Positions 1-9,571 of a stretch of 64,000 bases of DNA are shown one piece after another. A program made the translations under genes and the position numbers. Positions within the stretch are counted from its first letter, which is position 1. Each line of letters starts with the position of its first letter. Under the pieces are notes generated by a model. The model worked only from the letters and a program-made list of their open reading frames with translations. It did no database searches and was not told the origin of the DNA. The stretch is taken from positions 289,773 to 353,772 of the IMG/VR virus record IMGVR_UViG_3300031884_000002; one strand, written 5' to 3'.

Positions 1-1428
1 ATATGATATAATTTTAATTGGTTTATAATTAGTAATAAAGTGTTTTAGTAGTTTATCGCATATGCCGGTTATTATATAAGAAGTTTTAACACATAATCTA
101 TATAATTCATATGTTCCATCTTTTTTAACCTGTCCTAAACATTTTCTAAGTTGTCCGAATGTTGCCACTGCTACTAATTCATTGTTATGATATGCACCAA
201 GTCGAATAGAAGACGTTTTTTCTTTTCCTTGAATGTGATTATTATTCAGAAAATCTATATAAGAATTATCGGTTATTTCTTTAATAATACATTTTCTTGC
301 ATTTATTTTAATTGAGGCATTACGTTTTAGGATATGTTTTAACTTTGATTTAATTAGTTCCTTTTTATTTATCCATTCATCCTCAAATAAATGAATAAGT
401 CTAATTCCTATTTTTTCACATTCTTCCGTTTTTGATACGTGATATGTTTTATTTTTACATCCTCCTATTTCACTGTGCCAGTATAATCCATCACATTCTA
501 TTGCAATTTTCAATATGGGTATGTATATATCTAACTCTCTATTATTTAATAATATTCGTTTGTTTTCTTCTACTGATATGGTAGACGGTAATATTGAACG
601 AATAAAATCGGTAACTTCTTTTTCAAATGTAGATATACCAGAATTGCAGGTAGTGCATCTAGGCAAATCTCCATCTTCTAAACAATCATCGAATACAACT
701 TTACATATATTACATTTAAACTTATATTTCTTAAATAATCCTCCGCTCAGATATTCATCTCTTGAAAATAACGGTTCGGCTAATGACTGTAACCTATTAC
801 TTGTAAACAAACTATCATAAAATATTCCCCGTCTTGTATTTATTCTTTTATTAGCCACCGACTTTACTTGTTGTATATTTTTTACTCCGTATTTCTTAAA
901 TACCGCATTTTCTATTTTAGATTTATCACTTAATATCCACTCTACTCCATAATTTTTTAAACACGTTTCTTTTTTCTTATTTGATATTTCTAATGATTTT
1001 GACACATTATCAACACCATATTTTTCCATGATTGTGGCTTTGCATTTTTCTTTCACTGTCGGATTCTGAAATCCATATTCAGTTCCGTATTTTTTAATAT
1101 TTGAGTATTTAATGTTATTTTTTGTAGATTGATTTGTCTGGGCGCATTTATATGAACAATTTTTGGAATACCCTAATCCGTAAGAATGAAATTTTACTAA
1201 ATTATTACAGTTTATATTAGAACATTTTATAGGTTCCAATTTATTATTTAGAATATGCCATACTCTTTGACCTATAGTTATATCATCTGGTAAAAACGAA
1301 GTTGCCGCAATTATTTCATTATATTCAAATAATTTAGAGTTTACCGTAAACCAACGTAATGACATTCTACTTGAAATGGTTATATTTTTACAAAATAAAT
1401 TTTCCAATATCCAGTTTTTTAAGTTCAT
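1..1428 (-). CDS. Putative homing endonuclease (Hef-like/PD-(D/E)XK), 3'-truncated by the window edge and absent from the ORF track
   Basis: ATG at 1428 opens a frame that runs off the left edge. It contains KYGV(D/E)N repeats, a CxxC Zn finger and RELDIYIPILKIAIECDGLYWHS, and ends ...NYKPIKIISY. Confidence 0.8.
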   Translation of the reverse strand, partial: MNLKNWILENLFCKNITISSRMSLRWFTVNSKLFEYNEIIAATSFLPDDITIGQRVWHILNNKLEPIKCSNINCNNLVKFHSYGLGYSKNCSYKCAQTNQSTKNNIKYSNIKKYGTEYGFQNPTVKEKCKATIMEKYGVDNVSKSLEISNKKKETCLKNYGVEWILSDKSKIENAVFKKYGVKNIQQVKSVANKRINTRRGIFYDSLFTSNRLQSLAEPLFSRDEYLSGGLFKKYKFKCNICKVVFDDCLEDGDLPRCTTCNSGISTFEKEVTDFIRSILPSTISVEENKRILLNNRELDIYIPILKIAIECDGLYWHSEIGGCKNKTYHVSKTEECEKIGIRLIHLFEDEWINKKELIKSKLKHILKRNASIKINARKCIIKEITDNSYIDFLNNNHIQGKEKTSSIRLGAYHNNELVAVATFGQLRKCLGQVKKDGTYELYRLCVKTSYIITGICDKLLKHFITNYKPIKIISY

Positions 1429-1500
1429 ATGCTTAGTCTTTGTAATATAATTATAACAAAAAGACAAAATATATCAACTTATTTTAATTTCATTCTGGTA

Positions 1501-2127
1501 TTAGTTCAATTCGGAGAGAATGTTATAAATCAACTCGTCGGTTCGTTCCCATCGGTTGGTCATTGGATTTTTAACAATTCCTTCGGCAAGTGAAATTTGT
1601 TCTACGGGTGCCATAAACGCACCTTGAACTGAAGGATTACTTACAAAGTCCCAGCATATAATACTGTAATCATTATTAACTTCAACCGAAGATTCTGATA
1701 ATTTTCTTACGGAACCAGTTCCACGGCTTGATATTCCAACTCTGATATTACACTTGAATAACTCTCTCAAAATATTTCCACTTGGAGTTGTTAATACATC
1801 AATGTCAGCAATTAAATCATTACCATTCCATTTAAGACCAACTATATTATGAGATACATTTTTAAGATTTACAACTTCAGTTTCAGCATGGTCTAATTCT
1901 CCAACTGCTCGTTTTTCATTTATAAATGTATTAACATATTCCGATACACTTTTATCCAAAACATCATCGGGATATACTCTTCCATTTTGATTGCGGACAC
2001 CCTTTCTTTGTACTAAGCCACGAACTCTAAACGGTTTGGCTTCATTCATTAGGGACTCTTTTAATAAAGTATCATCTACCTCAAATGTTATACATTCTAT
2101 TAACAATTTTTTATTTATATCATTCAT
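1501..2127 (-). CDS. gp21: Prohead (capsid maturation) protease, T4 gp21-like
   Basis: Motifs NQNGRVYP, GELDH, NLKNVSH, GISSRGTGS and WDFVSNPS; located in the head gene cluster. Confidence 0.93.
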   Translation of the reverse strand: MNDINKKLLIECITFEVDDTLLKESLMNEAKPFRVRGLVQRKGVRNQNGRVYPDDVLDKSVSEYVNTFINEKRAVGELDHAETEVVNLKNVSHNIVGLKWNGNDLIADIDVLTTPSGNILRELFKCNIRVGISSRGTGSVRKLSESSVEVNNDYSIICWDFVSNPSVQGAFMAPVEQISLAEGIVKNPMTNRWERTDELIYNILSELN

Positions 2128-2843
2128 AATGGTATTGAATAAGTAGGATATGATTTATATAATTTATTATATTTCTTACTATATCTAATTATTTCTTTTA
2201 TTTTTTCGTTTTTTAACAATTTTTTCGTTCTTCCTAAATCAAGAAATTTATTTTTCTTTTTTTCGTGCTGTGGTTCATCATACTCAAATGCTATTGAGTT
2301 TTTATAATCGTATCCATCAAGACAAAATCCATCTATCCATACTTCTCCACCGTTTAACGCATGTTGAAAATTATATCCGTTTTTTGTTCCGTAATTTTCA
2401 ATAAATACACACGCATCTTTATTAAAATTTGACACTCCTCCTTGTGTTTTAATTCGAAGTATAGCCGATTGTTTCATTTTATTGCGACATTCCGATGAAT
2501 AAATTCTATTTTTAGAAATACATGAATAACATAAACAATTTATTCGTTTTAATGCTTTATTTGGAGTTGATGCTTTAACATCTTTTTTACAATTAGAACA
2601 TTTTCTATACCATATATTATTCAAGTCGTGCCATACTAATCCACTTGATATAGCATCCAAAACAGGTTGAGAATATTTTCCTTTTTTTGGACTCTCTTTA
2701 CCATATAAATGATGTCGGCTACCTTTTTTAGAACATGATAAGCACATAGAGCCTAATGATAATGCTCGTTTAAGATTGTGCTTAGACGAATATAATAATT
2801 CTTTATTACATATCGAACAAGTTGTCTTATAATCATTAGTCAT
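2124..2843 (-). CDS. Putative homing endonuclease (Zn-finger/NUMOD-like N-terminus, PD-(D/E)XK C-terminus)
   Basis: Several CxxC pairs, HHLYGK motif, and C-terminal LDGYDYKNSIAFEYDEPQH. Confidence 0.7.
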   Translation of the reverse strand: MTNDYKTTCSICNKELLYSSKHNLKRALSLGSMCLSCSKKGSRHHLYGKESPKKGKYSQPVLDAISSGLVWHDLNNIWYRKCSNCKKDVKASTPNKALKRINCLCYSCISKNRIYSSECRNKMKQSAILRIKTQGGVSNFNKDACVFIENYGTKNGYNFQHALNGGEVWIDGFCLDGYDYKNSIAFEYDEPQHEKKKNKFLDLGRTKKLLKNEKIKEIIRYSKKYNKLYKSYPTYSIPL

Positions 2844-2858
2844 AATATATAAATATAT

Positions 2859-3713
2859 TTATTTTTCTCTATAAACCTTCTTTATTCGTAAATCCCAATA
2901 TTGGTCTTTTTTATTCTCTTCCAATTTAACAACTTTTAACAACGGGGCTTTATTATAAAATAGATTTTGTAAACCTTTATTATCTAATTGATATTTTAAC
3001 ATATTGGACGGTATTTTTAATTCAAATACCGATACTATTACTCCATGTTCTTTTCGGTCAGTCCAACCTATTTTTTTAACTAAATCTTTTAACGGAGTTT
3101 CTTTTTTCTTTAACAGTAAAGGAAGCCATGATTTAATATCTTCAGTTATATCGAAAATTGAATATGCCTCATAATGTTTATTAACATTAACATCTTTTTC
3201 TTCTTCTTTAATATGAGATATAGGTTCCGGATTTAAAACAGGGACTTTAGATTGATTGCTATTAGGGCTATTATTGACAGGATTAGGATTATTGTTATTA
3301 TCATGTGGAACCTCCGGTTGTTTAATTTGGGCTGGATTGACTCCCTTTTGAGGAGATGGTTGACCGGTTGCCTGTCCTATAATTTTAATTTTCTCACTCG
3401 TGGATAAAAAATATTTTTTTGGTTTAGATGACATATCAGTAGCAATTATCACATAATGCCCATAATAATTTTCAATTGTAACGTTATTTATATCAAACTC
3501 ATATTTGGTAGAAAACTGTTTATATCCTCTTGAAGATTTAGCAATAACTCTTTTACCCTTTAGATATTGGTTAATTTTAGTTTGATATTTTTTAATCAAT
3601 TCTTTAGATTCTGTTTTTAATGAAGTTAAGAATTCAGAATACTCAATTCCAATATCAAAAAATTGAAGATTATCATCTGTTGTATTTTCTAACAATGTCG
3701 CTAATATTATCAT
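2859..3713 (-). CDS. Hypothetical protein (head-cluster gene)
   Basis: 284-aa ORF in the operon with a Pro/Asn-rich central linker. Confidence 0.75.
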   Translation of the reverse strand: MIILATLLENTTDDNLQFFDIGIEYSEFLTSLKTESKELIKKYQTKINQYLKGKRVIAKSSRGYKQFSTKYEFDINNVTIENYYGHYVIIATDMSSKPKKYFLSTSEKIKIIGQATGQPSPQKGVNPAQIKQPEVPHDNNNNPNPVNNSPNSNQSKVPVLNPEPISHIKEEEKDVNVNKHYEAYSIFDITEDIKSWLPLLLKKKETPLKDLVKKIGWTDRKEHGVIVSVFELKIPSNMLKYQLDNKGLQNLFYNKAPLLKVVKLEENKKDQYWDLRIKKVYREK

Positions 3714-3979
3714 TTTAATTCGGATTGTAATATTTTTTCTGTTATATCAAACTCAGTATATTTTATTCGTAATAATTTTATATTCTTATTTTTAGCATAT
3801 TCGGTTTTAATATTATCTTTATATTTGATATATTCTAGGTCTTTATACGTTATTTTATGCCCGTTAAAATTTCCTCCATATGATACTTCAGCCGGAGTTT
3901 TATTATTTAATGAAAAATCCCATTCTTTACTTATTTCTGGATAAGTTATATCTAATTTATTTTGTAATTCCTTTAACAT
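3710..3979 (-). pseudogene. Probable internally deleted nuclease gene remnant
   Basis: N-terminus YPEISKEWDFSLNNKTPAEVSYG (Zn-ribbon-type repeat) is joined directly to a C-terminus typical of PD-(D/E)XK nucleases (DNIKTEYAKNKNIKLLRIKY). The catalytic middle appears missing. Confidence 0.5.
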
Positions 3980-3985
3980 TTTTCA

Positions 3986-4312
3986 TTATTCTATCATTTT
4001 ATCAGGACGACGAGCCAAATCTTTTTTTCCAATTGGAGTTAATTCATATCCAAGTGCATTGCTTCCAGCTAACGCTTTTTTACTACCTCCATCATTTTTT
4101 GAAAATGCGGCAGGAATAGTATAACCTTCACCACCTGTAACCGACGATTCCTCGATTTTTTCCTCTTCTTCATCTTCCATTATTCTTCGTTGAAGTGGAA
4201 GTTTTCCGGTTGCTGGAGCAACTGCTCCCGTTGCCGATTCTTCCGTAGTCAATTCTTCCAACAATGTCTTAGTTATAATTTTAACTAATGATTTTAAATC
4301 GGATTGTTTCAT
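3986..4312 (-). CDS. Hypothetical head-cluster protein
   Basis: 108-aa ORF overlapping the upstream gene end (ATGA). Confidence 0.75.
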   Translation of the reverse strand: MKQSDLKSLVKIITKTLLEELTTEESATGAVAPATGKLPLQRRIMEDEEEEKIEESSVTGGEGYTIPAAFSKNDGGSKKALAGSNALGYELTPIGKKDLARRPDKMIE

Positions 4313-5205
4313 ATTACTCTCGAAGTAAGATTTTTATTGATTTCTTTCAATAATTCATAACTAAGCATAACTACGGTAACGTGATTATCTTTAACAACTT
4401 TATCTGGGTTAATTTTATCTAATTGATTTATAACTTCATTTATTTTAATCTTTATAACATCTGAATCTTTAATTTTTGTAGAAGATTCTTTAAGCTTGGA
4501 TTTAATTTTGGAGATATGTTCTTTTACTAATACATCAAACTTATTAGTATTGGCAACATTACATATATATTCTCTTAATATTTCATGTTGTTCGTCATCT
4601 AATATACTTGCAAACTTTTCGTTTAATTTTTCAACTAATAATTTATAAGTAAGTAATCGTATATCTTCTGATTGTTCGTTATAAGTTTCCATCGAAACTT
4701 CATTTTCTTTTAACATTGATTGCTTATTAACCAAATGTTCTACAATTGAGTTTTTTGCTTTATAGATTTCATCAACATCAAATTTTAAATCGGAAGTAGC
4801 ATTCTCAAATAGTTTATAAATAGATGCTGATATTTTATAATTTTTAACATGAGATTTTAACATCTGTTCCAATGGATATGCCGCTTTAATCTCCTTAATT
4901 AGTTCATATTTTTCAAATAACAATGATTTATCATCTAATTTTTTACGAGCATCTAAAATAGTAGAATAATAACGTTCAGCATATGCTTCGGTTTTAATAT
5001 TTTCACTTAATAATTTATTATATAATTGCCATTCTTTCCCAATTTCAGTATCTATTTTGAAAAACTTATGAAGTATTTCTGATGCTTTTGATGACTTTTT
5101 ACCGCTAATAATATCAGCGGTAACTTGCTTAGTCAATAATTCGAACAAAATGCCCGTATTTCTAAACTTTGAATGGCGCATTTTTTTCTGGGTTGTATTA
5201 TTCAT
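4309..5205 (-). CDS. Conserved huge-phage protein downstream of portal (possible prohead core/scaffold component)
   Basis: N-terminal HSKFRNTGILFELL motif and a helical, charged sequence; function inferred from position only. Confidence 0.65.
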   Translation of the reverse strand: MNNTTQKKMRHSKFRNTGILFELLTKQVTADIISGKKSSKASEILHKFFKIDTEIGKEWQLYNKLLSENIKTEAYAERYYSTILDARKKLDDKSLLFEKYELIKEIKAAYPLEQMLKSHVKNYKISASIYKLFENATSDLKFDVDEIYKAKNSIVEHLVNKQSMLKENEVSMETYNEQSEDIRLLTYKLLVEKLNEKFASILDDEQHEILREYICNVANTNKFDVLVKEHISKIKSKLKESSTKIKDSDVIKIKINEVINQLDKINPDKVVKDNHVTVVMLSYELLKEINKNLTSRVI

Positions 5206-5259
5206 ATTATATTAAATGATAATTATAAATATATTCTTTTACCTGTAAAATATAATATA

Positions 5260-8200
5260 TTATAGTATTTCCTTTATATTTACCTCATCTAACATAGATG
5301 GTAATGTTGATTCTTTAATCAATTCTTTTTTTACATCAATAGGCTTGTCAAAAAACTCAGATAAAGACAATATTAACTTGGAGTTTCTGTTTTTCATTTG
5401 TTTATTATCTTGTACCGGTTTTTTTATTTCTTCAAGTGCATATGGAGAATCTCCTTCAAAGTTTTGATATAATTCGCTTTTCTTTTTAAACTCGCTATTC
5501 TTTCTTGGTTTTCTATTGAGTTCTAAATGTCCCAATGGGTCTTCTCCAAATGGATGATCGCTCGCCTTATGCTCTCCACTTTGGTCTCGATTAGCATCTT
5601 CTTTAACTATATCTTCCGGTTTTCCGATTTTAGGCTTCTCTTCGGTTTCGGGATTTGGTTCTTCTTCATTTCCCTCTCCTCCTTCTTTATTCCCTTCTCC
5701 CTCCTCACCCTCTCCTTCTAAATCTCCAAGATCGGAAAGTCCACCTCCACCACCATGTCCTCCACCACCACCGAGACCACCCAATCCACCACCTTCTCCT
5801 TTTTCTCCACCTCCACCACCCGTTCCTATTTTCTTCATAGGCATAGCTGGATCATCTCCATCATTTTCAATAGCCGCCAATCTATATTTGCGTTTTGCGA
5901 ACTCTATTACTGATTTCATTTCCGTTTCAATATCATCATTAGACATTTGGAATATATATTTATAGATATATTCAGGAGAAAATAAACCACTTTCCATCAT
6001 ATCTGTAGACAATGCTGTTTTTTCAGATAAAATGCTTATTTTCTCTTTTTCTAATATAGTACTAGAATTAGTTAGTTCAATTTTGAAATTGATTAAACTT
6101 TCATCTCTATATCCCTGAGCATATAAATGTATAACTCCTATCTTTTCCAATTCCACGCACAGTATTTTCTGAATACGTTGAATAGTTCGGGCAAATCGTA
6201 TATCTTCATTGCTTAATGTTGCCTTACTACCACCTTCTTCTCCAAAGTTTAAGAATGTTTTTGGTATTTTTAAAGCGGCAAACATCTTATTTTTAAGATA
6301 TTCAACATCATCAATACCTGTCCAATCCATACCTGGTAGAGTATCTATTCTAGTTCCCGAATCACTTCCACGAGTAGGGATATAAAAGTCATCCAACATA
6401 TTTTGAAGATTGAACTTGAGATTATATTCTCCTCGTTCATTCATATATGGAACTTTTTTAATTTTATCCTGTAATTTCTGCATGTAATTATCAACTTCGG
6501 CTGGTGGAATGTTGCCTATATCAACATAAAATATTCTTCTTTCGGGAGCACGAACTACACGATGAATCATCATTGCGTCTTCCAATAGGGATAATTGTTT
6601 CCATATTCTTCTTGCACCTTCCAAATAAGAACGACCATATGGGAAGAAGTTAGAATCGCCCGTTAATCTAAAATGGCAAATCTGCCAGTTTTCCAATACT
6701 TCGGCTTGGGATGTATCAGTCGGACGGATTTGAAACTTGACATACTTCTTATTATAAGGGTCGGCATTTTCAATTCGCTCTACATTTTCCGCATTTATAG
6801 GCTCCACCATATAAACACCATACTCTGGACTAACATATACTTTTAAAAAATGATCTCCTAATTTTAAAGTATTTCTAAGCCATCCCCATAAATTAAAGTC
6901 TAGGTTTAAAATATCATCGTATAAGTTTTCAAGTATTTCTTTAACATTATTATTTTCACAGTGTACGGTAAGCATTTTACCAAGTGCATTAGTCGTAAGA
7001 CAATTATGGGTAAATAATTTAGATCCATCCTTAGTTTCTATCGCATATAAATGTGAACTAGTTCCTACATTTACTAAATCATATGCTTTATATTCGCCAC
7101 ATGGTTCTACTGATATTACTCTATGATTATTTGATTTTGTATAATCAGCGTATGAGTTATATCCTATAATTTTATATTTTAATCTATCTATACGAGTAAT
7201 ATTATATTTATTACATATTTGTTTATTTAATACACTACAATCTTCTCTGAGAATGTTATATTTCTGTTTTAATTCTTTTCTAGATAATCCGTTTATTATA
7301 TCTTTTTCATATTCCTCCATATTTATGTGTTCGAAACGATTTACGGCTTCAATCCATCTTCCGTTTTTATTTTTGGTTAACTTATAACCATTTCCAAACA
7401 TTCCATTCTTATTTCCATTTCTTCCAAACTCTTTATTTCTATCTTCTTTAGACATTCCTTCCAGTCGCTTTAACATAGTAAAATGACAATTTTCGGAATG
7501 ATATTTTCTAGTTTCATCATTCCAATATCTTCTATGTCCTTCTCTGGTTTTTTCTTTATATTCGTGTGTTTTTGTTTTATCTGCCCATATTTCTTTATTA
7601 AATTGAGAGTGTATTTTTTTATGCTCTATATAACCAACCCATTTAAGATATTCTGGACTATTATTTAATTTATTAAACGACGAATGATGAATTACTTTAT
7701 CGGTTTCACATACTGTTTCTCGCTGAGTTATTAACGAAGGTTCATTTTTTGCAACTAATCTATGAGTAAATTGCCATTTTCCATTTATATATAACATCTC
7801 ATATCCATTCATAAATTTGAAATTGGATAATTTAGTATTAAATATTTTTAACGATGTCCCTAATTCAAGTTTATCGGTTGATATAATAGACATATCTGAT
7901 TTTACCCACATATGATTAGACGTACATTTTATCTCGGTTCCATCGTCCAATAATACTTTATACATTGGTTTAATACCATTATATGCCACTCGTTCACATT
8001 TTTCGGGTTTGAAGTTCCCATCGGAATCTATAGAATATACCCAGAAATCTGTTTTATTTTGATTATATAAATCTTCAATTTTTACTTTATCTCCATTCAA
8101 TAATGGTATAATAGTGTTCCCCTCTATGCATTCGTCTGCTACAATATCTAAAGTTGCATTTAGAATTGGGTCCATATCCATTGTATTGTGTGAAAATACA

Positions 8201-9522
8201 GTATCTGATGCAAAATTTTGATATTTTTCAACTGTTACATCATATACATCTATTTCTCCGACATATTCTATGGATTTTACTTTATGATTTAATTTAGTAA
8301 AAATCTCTTGTTTAAACGATTTCCAGTTATGATTGTTAGATTTTAATCGATTGGTTATAAGTGATATATCACAATGTAAATATTTAGATACTTCTTTAAG
8401 ATTTAATTTTCCATAATTTCTATAATACTCAAAAGATTGCTCTTTTATTATATCAAATGTTAATTCGTCTCTATAATTTGGATTTTTTCCTAAATTATAA
8501 TTTCTGGTTTTACAATATGTTTTTAATGATTTAGAACGTACTTCATTAGATTCTTTCGTATGTATTTTTCCATAAAATGGATTATTAGTTCCAGATCTTT
8601 CACCATTCCAATGATGAAACTTTCTATTTTTATATCCTTCGGAAGAATGTATTTTTTCTAATGTTTTTTGTTTATTTTCAAACGACCACATTTTATCAGT
8701 TACTAATTTAATATGATATTGTTTATGTGCTGTTTTATCCATTATAACTAAATTATCCGGCATATTATATGATGGATTGAACTGTTGATGATGAACCACT
8801 TCATTATCTTTGAGAGGTCTATTAAATTGTTCTGCTATTACATTGTGTTCTGGTTGCCATCCTTTTGAAAAATTATAAACATGCCTATATCCTTTGTTAT
8901 AAAAATCTTTTTGATAAAACGGCATTATAGAGTCCCCTACTTTTATATCTTCTAATTTTTTATAATCTCCATTTCTCATTAAGAACGGATGTCCTCCGCT
9001 TGCTATTATATATTTACCCTTTTCAAATGTTAATTTCCATGCTTTTAATTTTCCTCCATCTTTTTTTCTTGGATGATATGCATTTCCCAATTTTATAGAG
9101 TTTGATTCGTGGTCATAAGAATAAACATAAAATCTTTCTTGTGGTTTATTTTTATATTTTTCAGCCAACTCTGCTATTGTAGGATACGTTCCATCTGGCA
9201 GTGGAATGATAGTTTCTCCTGCCACACATTGATAATCCCTAAACATTTCAATACGAGCCGCTTGATAAGATAATGAAAAGTCTCTAGAATATGCATTATA
9301 CGCAGTTGAACGAATACGATTAAATCTATCTCGGAGAGAGTTTCTATCTCCTGCCATCATCGAATGGTCGGTGTCTTTAACAATTAATTGTTTTCCACCG
9401 ACATTTCTAACTATTGTTTCTGATGAGAATAAAGTTTTTAACCGAGCATATAAAGATTGTTTCTTTATATCTACGATATCATCGTTAATTGAATTTGGTC
9501 TATTTATTTGGTTAAGTGCCAT
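5260..9522 (-). CDS. gp20: Portal (vertex) protein, T4 gp20-like, with two inteins (about 696 aa after splicing)
   Basis: Motifs QLSLLEDAMMIHRVVRAPERRIFYVDIGNIP, DDFYIPTRG, IDTLPG, DDVEYLKNKMFAALKIPK and EDIRFARTIQRIQ. Confidence 0.96.
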   Translation of the reverse strand: MALNQINRPNSINDDIVDIKKQSLYARLKTLFSSETIVRNVGGKQLIVKDTDHSMMAGDRNSLRDRFNRIRSTAYNAYSRDFSLSYQAARIEMFRDYQCVAGETIIPLPDGTYPTIAELAEKYKNKPQERFYVYSYDHESNSIKLGNAYHPRKKDGGKLKAWKLTFEKGKYIIASGGHPFLMRNGDYKKLEDIKVGDSIMPFYQKDFYNKGYRHVYNFSKGWQPEHNVIAEQFNRPLKDNEVVHHQQFNPSYNMPDNLVIMDKTAHKQYHIKLVTDKMWSFENKQKTLEKIHSSEGYKNRKFHHWNGERSGTNNPFYGKIHTKESNEVRSKSLKTYCKTRNYNLGKNPNYRDELTFDIIKEQSFEYYRNYGKLNLKEVSKYLHCDISLITNRLKSNNHNWKSFKQEIFTKLNHKVKSIEYVGEIDVYDVTVEKYQNFASDTVFSHNTMDMDPILNATLDIVADECIEGNTIIPLLNGDKVKIEDLYNQNKTDFWVYSIDSDGNFKPEKCERVAYNGIKPMYKVLLDDGTEIKCTSNHMWVKSDMSIISTDKLELGTSLKIFNTKLSNFKFMNGYEMLYINGKWQFTHRLVAKNEPSLITQRETVCETDKVIHHSSFNKLNNSPEYLKWVGYIEHKKIHSQFNKEIWADKTKTHEYKEKTREGHRRYWNDETRKYHSENCHFTMLKRLEGMSKEDRNKEFGRNGNKNGMFGNGYKLTKNKNGRWIEAVNRFEHINMEEYEKDIINGLSRKELKQKYNILREDCSVLNKQICNKYNITRIDRLKYKIIGYNSYADYTKSNNHRVISVEPCGEYKAYDLVNVGTSSHLYAIETKDGSKLFTHNCLTTNALGKMLTVHCENNNVKEILENLYDDILNLDFNLWGWLRNTLKLGDHFLKVYVSPEYGVYMVEPINAENVERIENADPYNKKYVKFQIRPTDTSQAEVLENWQICHFRLTGDSNFFPYGRSYLEGARRIWKQLSLLEDAMMIHRVVRAPERRIFYVDIGNIPPAEVDNYMQKLQDKIKKVPYMNERGEYNLKFNLQNMLDDFYIPTRGSDSGTRIDTLPGMDWTGIDDVEYLKNKMFAALKIPKTFLNFGEEGGSKATLSNEDIRFARTIQRIQKILCVELEKIGVIHLYAQGYRDESLINFKIELTNSSTILEKEKISILSEKTALSTDMMESGLFSPEYIYKYIFQMSNDDIETEMKSVIEFAKRKYRLAAIENDGDDPAMPMKKIGTGGGGGEKGEGGGLGGLGGGGGHGGGGGLSDLGDLEGEGEEGEGNKEGGEGNEEEPNPETEEKPKIGKPEDIVKEDANRDQSGEHKASDHPFGEDPLGHLELNRKPRKNSEFKKKSELYQNFEGDSPYALEEIKKPVQDNKQMKNRNSKLILSLSEFFDKPIDVKKELIKESTLPSMLDEVNIKEIL
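7003..8130 (-). mobile_element. Portal intein 2 (376 aa) with HNH homing endonuclease
   Basis: Starts CIEGNTIIPL, has block B CTSNHMW, an HNH segment (FTHRLVA...VIHHSSFNKLNNSPEYL) and ends FTHN before Cys(+1). Confidence 0.92.
8185..9228 (-). mobile_element. Portal intein 1 (348 aa) with HNH homing endonuclease
   Basis: Starts CVAGETIIPL, has block B ASGGHPF, an HNH segment (EHNVIAE...VVHHQQFNPSYNMPDNL) and ends FSHN before Thr(+1). Confidence 0.92.
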
Positions 9523-9543
9523 CGTATTATCTTTCTATTATTA

Positions 9544-9551
9544 TATAAATA
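9544..9551 (-). promoter_or_regulatory. TATTTATA upstream motif (portal)
   Basis: Same octamer recurs within about 4-25 nt of many start codons on the coding strand. Confidence 0.6.
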
Positions 9552-9571
9552 TATCTATACATTGTCTAAAA

